In this document: positions 21,445 to 33,240 of the stretch, in pieces
Numbering within the stretch: position 1 is the stretch's first letter
Layout of the letters: each line of letters starts with the position of its first letter
Source of the DNA: Octopus sinensis
Taxonomy: Eukaryota
DNA: 47,542 nucleotides
Assembly: GCF_006345805.1 (NCBI RefSeq)
Contig: NW_021834558.1
Location: 1-47,542 of the forward strand
Reading direction: 5' to 3'
Program-made: the position numbers and the translations under genes
Notes under the pieces: generated by a model
What the model was told of the DNA's origin: nothing
Database searches by the model: none
The model's input: only the letters and a program-made list of their open reading frames with translations

Positions 21445-21538
21445 TATCAGTGATATTTAATCTTTGCTTGTTTCGTTTCCTTATTAAAATCTATCAGTGA
21501 TATTTAATCTTTGCTTGTTTCGTTTCCTTATTAAAATC
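21445..21538. repeat. Perfect 47-bp tandem duplication
   Basis: TATCAGTGATATTTAATCTTTGCTTGTTTCGTTTCCTTATTAAAATC at 21445-21491 and 21492-21538. Confidence 0.95.
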
Positions 21539-21719
21539 GCTTTTAATTTTTCAAATGAATAAAAAATAACCCTTTATTTGCTTACATTTTGATGAATTAA
21601 AAATACAACTATTTTTACAGTCATTTTCCATTGTAGATGGGTGATATGGCTCATCGAATTTTGGTATTTATAACTGTTAAGCCAGCTACTCGACCTTGAA
21701 AGCTGCAAGTTTCCAAGTT

Positions 21720-21830
21720 CTTTAATCTTTTACTGATTACAGTCATTGGATTGAGGCTATGCTGAGGTACCAGTTATGTTTACGGTTTTAAGTTGATCAC
21801 TTATTTAAGTCTGGTGCTTATTTTATGTAT
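21720..21830 (-). mobile_element. Short decayed SINE 3' fragment
   Basis: CAGTCATTGGATTGAGGCTATGCTGAGGTAC...AAGTCTGGTGCTTATT resembles ~18550-18630 (GTCATTTGACTGCAGCCATGCTGGAGCAC...AAGCCTAGTACTTATT). Confidence 0.45.
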
Positions 21831-23475
21831 CTCCAACCGTGTGATCAAGAAGTTTACTTTGGTTTTCAGGATAATCATATGGGTGCTTTTAAAATTCCTA
21901 AGCTTGAAAACTGATACAGTCAGAGCCTAGATCATAATAGCTGACTTAAGTGAACAGAACTATATCCCCATGATTTACAATGTTTACCTGCTGCTAAATG
22001 AGTTTGGATTTATCTTCCAACTTGACCAGTTCAACAATGAAACTGAGATCCATATAAACCTAGCTCATGCTAGCATTATGAGATTGATATTCAGCCTGTG
22101 AACATGAAAAGAGATTCATATTTTCCGGGCTTTTTTGATTGTGTAAGTATTATTTCCAACTATATATATCATGTCAAAATTCACTGTTTTGTTACTTGGA
22201 CCATGTGCATTAATGTCCTTCAGACATTACATGTTGTTCATATTTATGTTGGCAGCACTGCTATGGATAAACTCTGATGACTGGCTATAGGTCATCAGGT
22301 TAGAATATGCACATAATTTGTGTTGATGGAGCTTGAGCCAGCTTAAGATCAGGTCCACTCTGATTAATCAGTAACTGGTGATAGTGAGGTGGCAGTTATC
22401 TAACTCAGTTTTAGCTAGAAGAGCACACAAGGGAAATGTCGATCTTAATTCAATGGTGGGAACATTAGTATAGTTAGAGGGTGGGGCCTACACCACTTTT
22501 GGGTTTGCTGTAGGCAATATGTATTTTTTGTGGGGGCCCGGAGGTGGCAAACACTCTAAGTACACTAGAGGGTGGGAACATGGTTGAGGAGTACTATTAA
22601 GTGATGGCTTGTTTTGGCTGCAGTCCAGAATTTGCATGTGTGGTAGATTAACAGTGATTGCCTCCAGTAACATTTGGTTAATGTGAGCTAGTGATTGGGA
22701 TAAATTGTAGAAATAACTGAAGAAAGCAAATATATAATCAAAAAATTTTTTGTGCCCAAAGTTTAAAAGCCACTTGAAAAAAAATCTTTTTAATGTTTTT
22801 GTTTTTTATTTTTTTTTATCAGGTATGCTATTTATGATACAAAAATACTTCTGAAATAATAAAAGTGACGTTTCTTATTCTCTTATTCTAATCTAAACTA
22901 AAGGAATCACTTGGCTTGTTTTCTTTTGATCTATAAAAAAAGATTGAGGAAATAGGACAGAAGATAAGGTTTTTGCCCTTGCACTTATGTTATAAAATTT
23001 AGTAAAAGTCTGGATTTCATAGGAGTGGGGATTAAACCTCAGTTCTGTTTAATAGAGGAGAGAAAGAGAGATGATTCTTTCTTTGGATAGGATGTCAGTA
23101 CATCAACACGTAACTTTTCCAGAAGTTGTGATATATATCTTCCTGAAACTGAGCTAAACTGAGATGTGCAGAATAACATCCCCTCATGGGACCTGCAATG
23201 AATTGAAGTTATTATTCATAAATGAATCATACATCCATTTGGTCATTGTTATCTACATTATCCAAGATATTTTTGGGTAAAGATAGTCAATTATATATTA
23301 TTATCAAATATTATGATTTATGTGTTTGAACAATGGTAAGCTCACAAAAGTGAGTATAAAGTAAGTGCAGATATGAAAGAAATGGACAGAAATTTAAAAC
23401 TAAGGGGGATGTGTGACAAACTGAGTTATTTCAATAGAGGAAAGGGAACTTGGCTTCCTTACAATTCTTGATATG

Positions 23476-24450
23476 CAACGTTTAGTTCGATGACACTGGA
23501 TAGCAACAGGTCACCTTACCCATCAAATATGGTGTCCTCAGCCTTCAGTCTCTGGTCTCACTGACCCTGCCATCTTTTCTTTTGTCAGTGACCTCTTGCA
23601 ATTTCCTCATCAACAGGATTCTCTACAACACAACTGAACCTACTTTGGTTGGGGAGCACGATATGGAGCCAACTCAGCCTGCATCCTACTGACATCCATC
23701 CCCTCTCCCTTCTGTGGATATCCAGTCCTCTCACATGTGTAGCAGGATCTCATGCACTGGCTTAATCAGCACCATCTGGCATGTTTCCACCACTATAGCC
23801 TGGCTCATTGTGGTGCCATCACTCTCAACTGGCATTCGGCTTGATAGCAACTGTCTGTGCATCAGCATTTCCTTGAAGCTTGGCTTCCAGATCTTTGCAC
23901 CTCACAAATGCTGCTGCAGATCCTCTCTGGAATTTTTTGGCCTCCACTCATTGTCATGACATTATAGTGCTGGCTGCCTTCCACGCCATGCCTCCCTTAA
24001 CAAAATTATAAAGCATAGCCTAGACACCACAAATCTCCCTTCCCAGCTTAAGCCAGTGGGACTAGAAAGAGGGGACAGTAAAAAGCCTGATGGTAAGACA
24101 ATTTTCTTGTTCCATAGTGGTAGGCTCCACATCTGGATGCCACATACAGTGACACCTTCTCCAGCAGCAACTTAGTGTGTTCGCCTACCAGCTCAGGCTC
24201 CACTACTTGTCAGACTGAGAAAAACAAACTATCAAAGTATCAGTCACTTGCCAACAGGTTTATGGCTGAGCCTGTGGCAGCGGAGACCTCTGGCATTCTC
24301 AGCTCCTGGACCACATCCCTGCTTGCTGCTATCAGGGCAGAGATGGCTATCCACTAGTACAAGCCCTGTGAGTTAGAGTGGCTGTTTCAGTGCATCTCCC
24401 TTGCTATCCTCCAGAGCAGTGTCTTTTCCATTTTGTCTGCTGAAGCCATG
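23476..24450 (+). mobile_element. CRE-like non-LTR retrotransposon 3' remnant (post-RT region, Zn knuckle, RLE)
   Basis: QVTLPIKYGVLSL; SLKLG...HKCCC....GLHSLSC; RHASLNKIIKHSL; PVGLERGDSKKPDG (PDG 24086-24094); IW.AT..DT; KNKLSKYQSLANRF..EPVAAETSG; QCISLAIL. These match recalled CRE-clade motifs (RPDG, WDAT, KY, VET.G, RISLAIQRGN). Confidence 0.75.
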
Positions 24451-24801
24451 AGGCAGTTTGAATTGCAGGAAATTGAGAGAATGTAAGAATTCCATAGCCT
24501 ACTACACAAACAATAAACTTATACAACCTGTTCAACTACCATCCAGACAAGTGCTATTTGATGTTAGAAAAAAGCATAAAGGTTCATCTAAGAGCAGTTA
24601 TGTATAAATCATGGCTGTCATCAATGCTTCATGTTTTCATAAAGTACAGCTTAAATTCATCAGCAAGTTTTAGTTTAATTTCATTTTGTTAGTCTTGAAA
24701 AATATTTTTCTTTGACAGACTGAATTTTGATAATGTTGCTTGAAAGTTATTATGAAAAATTCTATTAATTCATTGTTCTAATGATTTATTTTTCATTTCA
24801 G

Positions 24802-24890
24802 TACTAGTAAAAATAGGCCCCTTTGTTGGCATGGCTCACTTCAGATACCTCAAAATATTCAGTTCATGGCATGTCGCATGTATAGTTCAG
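24802..24890 (+). CDS. DLAT: DLAT exon 2 (end of targeting peptide)
   Basis: tttcatttcAG|T...TATAGTTCAG|GTaagt, 89 nt, phase 2 to 1. Encodes TSKNRPLCWHGSLQIPQNIQFMACRMYSS(D), and RxYSS precedes the lipoyl domain. Confidence 0.85.
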
Positions 24891-25030
24891 GTAAGTTAAA
24901 GTAATTGAATTACTAAACTGGTGTGGAATACTGATAAAGTAACAATGTATCTTTATCTCCTGCTGCCTGCTCCCAATGTTAGCTGTCTTGTAGTGGGAGC
25001 TTTTTGCTTTATCATATTACTAGAAAAAAA

Positions 25031-25261
25031 GGATGGCGAGCTGGCAGAATCATTAGCACACTGGGCGAAATGCTTAGCAGTATTTTGTCTGCCATTACGT
25101 TCTGAGTTCAAATTCCGCGAAGGTCAACTTTGCCTTTCATCCTTTCGGGGTCGATTAAATAAGTACCAGTTACGCACTGGGGTCGATGTAATCGACTTAA
25201 TCCCTTTTCTTCCTTGTTTGTCCCGTCCATGTTTAGCCCCTTGTGTGCAGTAAAGAAGTAA
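25031..25261 (+). mobile_element. Full-length tRNA-derived SINE with 17-bp TSD
   Basis: Perfect TSD ATATTACTAGAAAAAAA at 25014-25030 and 25262-25278. A-box-like TGGCAGAATCA (25042) and B-box-like GAGTTCAAATTCC (25104-25116). Central GCCTTTCATCCTTTCGGGGTCGATTAAATAAGTACCAG resembles conserved SINE central domains. Confidence 0.92.
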
Positions 25262-25859
25262 ATATTACTAGAAAAAAACCACAACAACAGAATGTATCCC
25301 ATTAGACTTAATGGGATTATTGACAAACCACAAAAGATATTGTGTTCATGTAGTAGGCTTTTTGACTACTACCAGATATTACATGTATAAAAACTAAGTA
25401 AAATGAAATGGCTCATCTAATAAAACACCAGTTATATGACATTATATCACTTTGTTATGATACTGCCTCAGTCTTTATATATATTACAATAATGCTAGCG
25501 GAGGAAAAATTAAATAATGATTACTAGCTTTGATATTTCATCAGTCTTTATGATATCTATCCCCAAGAGCCATAAATGGCTATTTCATAGGCAGATGAGA
25601 GAAAGGCCTTTTTCTGAATTGAACATTAGTCTCTTAGTTAATCATAACTTTTCCATAGGATTGGGTACTTAAGACTTGAAGTGAAGTACATATAAAGAAG
25701 TGTACTACCTAAATAAGTATCTAGTGGATTTGAAGTCTAGGTCTTGAAGTATCTGATACCACATCTATGTCACCAATTTACTTACACAATTTACACAGAC
25801 ATGACAGAAGTAAATAGACACCCTTATAATAATTAAAATTTCTTTAAATCTGAAATTCA

Positions 25860-26465
25860 TCATCATTGTTTAACGTCTGCTTTCCATGCTATCATGGGTT
25901 GGACGATTTGACTGAGGTCTGGCGAACCAGATGGCTGCACCTGACTCCAATCTGATCTGGCAGAGTTTCTACAGCTCGATGCCCTTCCTAACGCCAACCA
26001 CTCCGTGAGTGTAGTGGGTGCTTTTATGTGCCAGTCAGGCGGTACTGGCAACAGCCATGCTCAAATGGTTCTTTTTATGTGCCACCTGCACTGGAACCAG
26101 TCGATCTGCACTGGCGATGACCTTGCTTGAATGTTTTTTCACGTGCCACCAGCACAAGTGCCAGTAAGGCGATGCAGGTAACGATCATGCTTGAATGGTG
26201 CTTTTTACGTGCCACCAGCATGGAGGCCAGTTTGTTGCTCTGGCAACGATCACGTTCGTATGGTATTCTTAGTGCTCCATTAGCACGGATGCCAGTCATC
26301 GAATTTGATTTCGATTTCACTTGCCTCAACAGGTTTTCGCAAGCAGAGTTTAGTGACCAATGAAGGAAAGGTACACATAAGTGGGCTGGTTACATCCCTG
26401 GCATAGGCCACGAGGTTATGGTCTCACTTGGGCTTGCCGAGTCTTTTCAAGCACAGCATATTTCC
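25860..26465 (-). mobile_element. 5'-truncated RTE LINE 3' end nested in Tc1
   Basis: TSD AAATTCA (25853-25859, 26466-26472). Homologous to 12106-12690, with a CATCAT tail. Confidence 0.9.
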
Positions 26466-26500
26466 AAATTCAAATTATTTATTAACTGTTACGTGAATTT

Positions 26501-27506
26501 TTAATATTTAGTAGACATGCCCTTTACATTTTTCAATGCAAGGACCCTATTAGGCATGTTACTGATCAGATGACATATATTCTCTTGCAGGATTTCTTAC
26601 CAAGTTTCAAGTAATAATCTCAAAAGATCTGGCTTTGAAGATGCTTTCTTGTTCTTTTTATGAAGTGTCCTGTCCATTATGTCCCTGAAGTGTTCAATAG
26701 GGTTCATACCTGGTGACAGGCTTCACCATGGAAGCTTTTTAATGCCATTCTTGTCCAACAAATCTTGGGTCATTTTAGCCATGTGACAACGAGCCCCATC
26801 TTCCATAAATAAAGTCTTCTTTAATCATTTCACCACTGGAGAAGATTGGAAGGAGTCCTTTCTACAATATGGACACATATTTATCTGAGTTTATATTTCC
26901 CTCACATTCCACCAGCTCTGATCAACCATTGCTCCAAATTGCTCCCCATACCATCACAGAATAGCTGCCATATTTCATTGTTGTCTGCAATCTTTTTACA
27001 TCGAATTCTTGATCACAGCATCTCTAGACCCACACTCGATCACTGTCAGGAAATACAGCAAATCTGGAATCTTCAGAGAATATGACAGTGTCCCAAAATG
27101 CTAGTGGCCTCTCCACCATCTCACTGGCCCAATCTTTTCTCCATTTGACGTTGGTTGGTCAAAGAAGTGGCTTCCTTCTTGCTACTCTGCCATAGTAACC
27201 AAGTTTGTGGAGATACCTGACAGCTGTTCTGTGACTGACATCAATTTGTTCTACTGTCAGAGGCCTTGCAGTGAGGATTATCCTTCTCTTATCAAAGAGA
27301 AGGGTCCTGTCAGAGAACCCTGGTTGATCTGGGTAAAGAGATGTGGACTCCTTCTCCTCTGTGATGAATTGCACAAGCACTCTATTAACTGTAAAAAGCA
27401 GGATCCCAAGGTTTTCTGTGATTTTACACTGTCCACCTTCAGAATGACCCACAATACGGCCTCTTTGAAATTCAGACAGTTCCAAGACTTCTTTTGTACA
27501 TGGCAT
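26501..27506 (-). pseudogene. Tc1 transposase pseudogene
   Basis: MPCTKEVLELSEFQRGRIVG...ARRKPLL; VIFSEDSRF; [14 protein letters not shown]; EDGARCH...W*SLSPGMNPIE (34 residues between D and E); ends KGMSTKY*. Frameshifts and a stop are present. Confidence 0.9.
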
Positions 27507-28544
27507 AGTTAAACAGTCATTTGTAGAACCTAAAACATAAAAATATCAATTAATAAAAAATATTAACCTTTACAAGTTATGATAAATATAAAACGGTTTT
27601 TTATGATGTATCTATTTACTTCTGTCATGTCTCTGTATATACTGATATAACACAGTAATCTTAAAACGGATATAGCACCAGTCTATATTATAATAATACG
27701 GTACTTGTATTATGATTCATAATTGTGTCATTATATAGATACATTATAGTATCATAATTTTTTCTTGACCTTTTCCTAATGAAATACACTACCTATGTGT
27801 TTCACTTAATTTGGAACATATTCAAAAAATTTGAAGGCTCTCATGAAATAATTAATTTTACTTTTATTAATAAGGTATTTGGAGCAATGCAAAAATGTTT
27901 TTGCAAAAAATTAGTTTTAATTTGAATATGAACATTTCAAAATAAACAATTTTCTATCTTTTTGTTATACAACTGGAGACAGTGTTAGGTGTACTGGTAT
28001 AGAAAAGGTTAATGATTGATATACTTAACTTTGTTCTCAGTGGTTCTGTGTTTAAATGATATAAACTAGCCTTGTGCCTTTTCAGAGGAACTCTGATAGA
28101 GTATTGAAATGATTGGGAAAGGAGGTATAGCAGAATGAAATTCAACCTATTCTTGAATTATTATTACAAATAGAAATACTTAATATTTATTTACTCATTT
28201 GTAACTCAGTCGTGGTATTCAGTGTTTTTCTATAATGAAGTTGTTTAAACTTGAGAGTATACTGAGAAAATGCTATTGTAAATTAAAGCAGAATATTTTT
28301 TACTAAAGTTAAGGTTAATATTCTGATGAAATCTAAATATTTTGGTTTTAAACTCTTTCAAAGATAGGACACTATATTTTCAAATTTTTTTAAAAATTGG
28401 ATTTCCATAGTTATTTAATTGCATTTAAGAATTACCTGTTCTTGTTCAAGAAATGGCAGTTTTAGTATTTTGTTGAATCAAAAATTTTGCAATATTTTGG
28501 TAACTTATTTGCTTTATTTGTCAAGTTACAACAAAAGTAGCCTA

Positions 28545-29100
28545 GCATTCAAAGGAGAGGCCATTGTGATGCACCATCTGAAGTCACCTTTCTACCAGTT
28601 CTTTGACACATGCTGATACCAGTTCTTCTCCTACAAGGCAAAGCACTCCTTCACTGAAGCTTTCACCTCTCTTGGTTGATTAAGCATTGCGAGCATGGAA
28701 CAGAACAAGTAATATCCAAGGGAGCTAAGTTCAGACTATATGCTGGATGTGGCATCAATTTGATTCTCTCAAGTTCCTAGAATTTATTCTGGGTTGTTCC
28801 AGTGGTATGAAGTCTTGTGTTGTCTTGCTGCAGAAGAGCTCACTTTCTGTTAACCAATTTTGGGTATTTTTGCCGTACAACACATACATCTTCTCCATCT
28901 GTTTGGAGTACAGGTTGGCATCAATGGTTCATTCAACTGTCCAGAATGAACTCATAGTGAATTATCCCCTCATAATTCCACCAGGTACTGAACATCATCT
29001 TGTGTTTGAAACTCCTATGTTTGGGTACAGGTTCTGGAAGCTGGCCTTTTCTTAACCACTGTTTATGCATGTTAGGATTGTGGAAAAATATCTCCCTTTG
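28545..29100 (-). mobile_element. Mariner-like transposase remnant (catalytic half)
   Basis: IFFHNP..KQWL; MFSTWWNYEGIIHYE; QQDNTRLH; PHPAYSLNLAPLD. Stops and frameshifts. TIRs not located. Confidence 0.8.
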
Positions 29101-29102
29101 AT

Positions 29103-29106
<4 letters not shown>

Positions 29107-29177
<71 letters not shown>

Positions 29178-29192
29178 ACACACACACACACA
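29107..29192. repeat. (AC)n microsatellite, ~43 units
   Basis: (AC)35 is perfect at 29107-29176, then one slip and continuation to ~29192. Confidence 0.97.
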
Positions 29193-29329
29193 TATATGTG
29201 CATATACATACATGCCTCACTCAATTTAAAGACAACTATGTACTTATGATCAAACATCATTATTTCTGTTTATTTAATCATGATTCAAAATATATATGAC
29301 TAGAAAGAGGTGCCTTGTATATATGTGTC

Positions 29330-29720
29330 AATTCTCAAAATGGACTTAAGTGTACAACATATTGATTCTGGAAATTTGATGACCACATTATCTGTAAGTT
29401 CTTCCCAGTCTTTTGGTTCTATAATTTTAAAATTTACTTAATTTCTTGGGTTTTCTCTGCTGAACACTCGTGCTGACCTGTTGCCATGAGTTTTCCATTG
29501 GATTTAAATCTGAGGATTGTGCTAGGCACACTACAACACTTGGATTTTCTCGGCCCTATCTCAAAGATCGGCTCTAATATTCAAGAGGTTTTTATTCTGA
29601 TGCATAGGACCAGTCCCTTTACCACACTTCCTGTCCCCAACCATAGCATTGACACCATCATTCTTAATTGTTGGATTCAAGCATTCTGTTTGAAATTTTT
29701 TTTTCCTATATCATGCTAGA
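29330..29720 (-). mobile_element. Old Tc1-like transposase fragment
   Basis: ECLNPTIKNDGVNAMVG (cf. CxxPTVKHGGGSVMVWG) and LAQSSDLNPMENSW (cf. WPAQSPDLNPIENLW). Confidence 0.55.
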
Positions 29721-30435
29721 TGTATACAAGATTTTGACAAGCCTGAAATTATTATGCTCCAGAGTGAATGTAACACATCTCACATGACTACTTTTGTTGG
29801 AAGTATCCAATTTGTGACTTTCTTGTTTTTCATTGACATAGAGAGACAGTATCATATATCACTCTATCTTTTCTGCACTCCATTAAGTGTCTTTAACGGT
29901 AAGCAATCAGAATAGTCACCAGTTTCATTCAAGATGTCCACAGCATGGTGATCAGCTGTTATTAAGTGTCCAACTCCAGCAGTTATGGCTCAAAATGGTT
30001 AATTTTGCAGTTGGATCACATTTGTTATTCATCATAACAGATCTTAGGGTGATATAATGAAATTCTTATTAATAGTTTGTCTTATTCAGTTATAATATAT
30101 TGAATAGTCTAATTCAAATAAATTTTTCTAAAATGATCTTAAACTAACATTTATTTTTGTTTGCTTATTAAGTGTCAATAATTGCATTATGTTAAAGAGT
30201 AAAATATTCTCTTTTATTCATAGTCTGAACTGTCAATAATTAATGTTTAATTAGTTTAATTATCAGTATAGTCTTGTCTTTCAACTGACTTCACTTAAAA
30301 ATGACATATCTTGTTACATTTTGTCTCAAAGTCATAAGGCCTTTTGTTGTTAATTTACTTTAATAATGTTTAATTGCCAACCCTGAGTATTTATTTGTAT
30401 ATGAACCATGTATATATATATATATATATATATAT

Positions 30436-30575
30436 CATCATCATCATCATCATTTAACGTCCACTTTCCATGCTAGCATGGGTTGGACGGTTCGACCGGG
30501 GTCTGGGAAGCCAGAAGGCTGCACCAGGCTCCAGTTTGATCTGGCAGTGTTTCTATGGCTGGATGCCCTTCCTAA
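30436..30575 (-). mobile_element. Very short RTE 3' end (140 bp) with (GAT)n tail, next to a (TA)n tract
   Basis: High identity to 12106-12237. (TA)n at ~30410-30435. Confidence 0.9.
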
Positions 30576-31012
30576 TATTTCTTGATGTTGTGACTAATGA
30601 TGTATAACAACATCTGATAGTCTGGTTGATACAGTGATATAACAGTATAAAAAGATACTGCCTTAGAAAAGCCTGTGTGCGTAATTTTGTATTCCACTTC
30701 AAAGGTTTCAGTTGGGAACCAGAATGTTCCCTTAAAGATGTAACTGAAAAGCCATTTACTTAGTTATAAATTCTATTTAAAATTATTTCCTGATCAAGTT
30801 TATAGTAATATCTTATTTCTTTGTTTTGTATTTTCCAATGACCTTTTGTTTACCAAATAAATTTTCTTTAAAGTGGTTTTGTTATTAAATGGGGTTTCAA
30901 CATTAGAAATTAAACACATTTTATTTTGAGAACTCTCAACACAAGAAGACTAAACAAACAATTTCATAATATTTCATAAGTTTTGAATGTGTACGTGTTT
31001 TGTTTGTTGTAG

Positions 31013-31236
31013 ATCTACCTGCTCATTTCAAAATTACCTTACCTGCTTTATCGCCAACCATGGAAGCTGGGACTATAGTAACATGGCAGAAGAAGGAAGG
31101 GGATAAAGTATCTGAAGGAGATCTTTTGGCTGAAATTGAAACTGATAAAGCCACTATGGGTTTTGAGTCTTCTGAAGAAGGCCATTTAGCCAAGATCCTA
31201 GTTGCAGCAGGATCTGCTAATATTCCAGTTGGAAAA
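31013..31236 (+). CDS. DLAT: DLAT exon 3, lipoyl domain
   Basis: gttgtAG|AT...GGAAAA|GTaatt, 224 nt. [12 protein letters not shown]...EIETDKAT with the lipoyl-Lys codon at 31147-31149. Confidence 0.97.
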
Positions 31237-31675
31237 GTAATTTAAACAATTTTTACAACTGTACTTAATCTAATTCTGTAAAATTATTCTTTGTGCTGTA
31301 TTTCACTTGTTAATAATCGGTCAATGCATTATTTATGTAACAATATGAATTATTCATAACATTTAAAAAATAGTTATTAATTCTATGAATAAGTATATAT
31401 AAGATATTTTTGTGCAATTTCATTTCATCACTTCTCCCATACTTAACATATCCTAACTTGGAAAACTTAAGGTTATTAAGTCACAGTACTGAAGCTATAC
31501 TTTACAAATTATTGTTAAATGGGGATGAACTTAAAATTCAGTTTTAATTTTATATAGATTTATTTCTAATTTGCTTGTTGCAAAATACTAAAAGAATGCT
31601 ATATAAGAACAGAATTTTCTTTTGTTTGTTTTACTCTTGGTTAATATGATACTGATTTCTGTCTCTTTTTTTTAG

Positions 31676-31948
31676 CTGTTGTGCATCATTGTTGAAAATG
31701 AATCTGACATTGAGGCATTCAAAACTTTTGTACCAACAGCAGCAGATGATGAAGTAATTGGTGGTAGTGTACCAGCTTCTGCTGCACCTCCACCTCCTCC
31801 TCCACCCCCTCCCCCACCCAAACCAGTAGCACCCGCACAGACCACACATGCCAGGGCTCCTGCTGCGCCCTCCAGGCCTACAGGTGGTCGTGTGTTTGCC
31901 ACACCATTAGCAAAATCATTAGCACTTGAGAAAGGTGTTGATTTAAAC
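31676..31948 (+). CDS. DLAT: DLAT exon 4, end of lipoyl domain, Pro/Ala hinge, start of PSBD
   Basis: tttttttAG|CTG...AAC|GTaaga, 273 nt, phase 0. [16 protein letters not shown]...(P)11...[20 protein letters not shown]. Confidence 0.97.
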
Positions 31949-33240
31949 GTAAGAATATTTCTTTAGTTTTTTACATTTATTTTTGCACTTTATTTCATAC
32001 ATTCCAACTATTATCTAAGAAGTAGAGTGTATGAAATAAAATTGTGTTTTGTGATGTTATCTTTGAATAAGATTGAAATCAAAACTTACATTTTATGAAC
32101 TGATTATTTGTTGAGCCAACTGTTTAAACTATCATATCAAATTACATGCTTATTAGATTCGATGTTTACCTTGTTTGTTACTGAACTATGCTTTAATTGT
32201 GAAATTGTTACAATTTCACAAACATTATTGTCATACATTAGAAATTGCTACTTTTTAAAAGTTTTATAATTCACTGCAAAATATTAATACCTGAAGAACT
32301 AATGGTTTACTGTCTGATTTGTCTAGCAGTATGCTTTATTTCAATCAAGAATCTTTTCTTAGTAGGTGCTGAAAATTATGTACTGTTCTCAGATAATATC
32401 CTACCCAAAATTATTTTAAATATATCATACCTTAGAAAACTATATCTCACGACAAAAGGCCACAGAGTTGCAGAGAAGGAAATGCTAGTACATATCTTGG
32501 ACAAGTAGAAATTGAAGTTGACTTCAGAGTCCACTGGTCTATCATATGTGTAACTCTTCAATAATCAATAGTAAAAATAATTTACAGAAGCATTGTTTTT
32601 AATGTAAGATATGCATTAGCAGGATCTCGATTATTTCCTTGATTTTAAGACTGAATGTAGTGTATCTATCATTGGCTATAAATATCAGCCATGTATTACA
32701 GTATCACTCTTCAGAAGGATTCATGTTATCTTCAGTTGGCATGCTGTCTTTATTTCAAAGCCACTAAACTAATCCAAAGAACTATTTTTGTGCTGATACC
32801 AACAACAGGAATTCTGTTTTGTTTTTTGTTATTTGGTCATTTACTAGAAACTAATTAGTATGCTCTTTTTAGTAAAGCAAGCTTTGGTAATGTTCCACAC
32901 CCTTATAGTTGTGAAATAGCTAATTTGATACCTCTATTCCCCTACATCATGGTAAAGCTACAATATACTTTTGTTGAACTTTTGGGTTTGTAGTTAATTT
33001 ACATGTTTCTTTTTTGTTCTTGCATAATTCGTTTTCATTTTTCTCCATAGTAGCCAAGATTCTGTTAGTTTAATAGTTATTATTAGATATTTGACACAGT
33101 TAATCTATTTTTCTCTTGAAGTCAATCATACTGCTTTGCCTAATTAAAAAGCTAACTTTCTATGACTTAAACCAGTGAAATAATTAATGGTTTTATTTTA
33201 ATTATGTCTGTGTTTATGTATTTATTTTTTACTAATATAG

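Larger units (their letters stand above)
25794..27635 (-). mobile_element. Complete-ended Tc1-like DNA transposon (DD34E), inactive, with an RTE nested in its 3' region
   Basis: TA TSDs (25792-3, 27636-7). 28-bp TIRs 25794-25821 and 27608-27635 are 26/28 identical. About 1.23 kb after removing the RTE insert. Confidence 0.92.

Noticed and set aside
22274-22298. Hairpin CTGATGAC-9nt-GTCATCAG with a hammerhead-like heptamer
   Set aside because: The heptamer is sequestered in the 8-bp stem, with no GAAA or stem III. An isolated 8-bp inverted repeat is expected by chance in 47 kb.
25031-25120. tRNA gene
   Set aside because: A/B boxes are present but there is no cloverleaf. It is a SINE head flanked by a 17-bp TSD.
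28933-29220. VCVCVC-containing ORF as a Cys-rich protein
   Set aside because: (GT)n microsatellite read-through fused to a mariner fragment.
31631-31902. Gly-rich - strand ORFs
   Set aside because: Antisense shadow of the DLAT poly-Pro exon 4.
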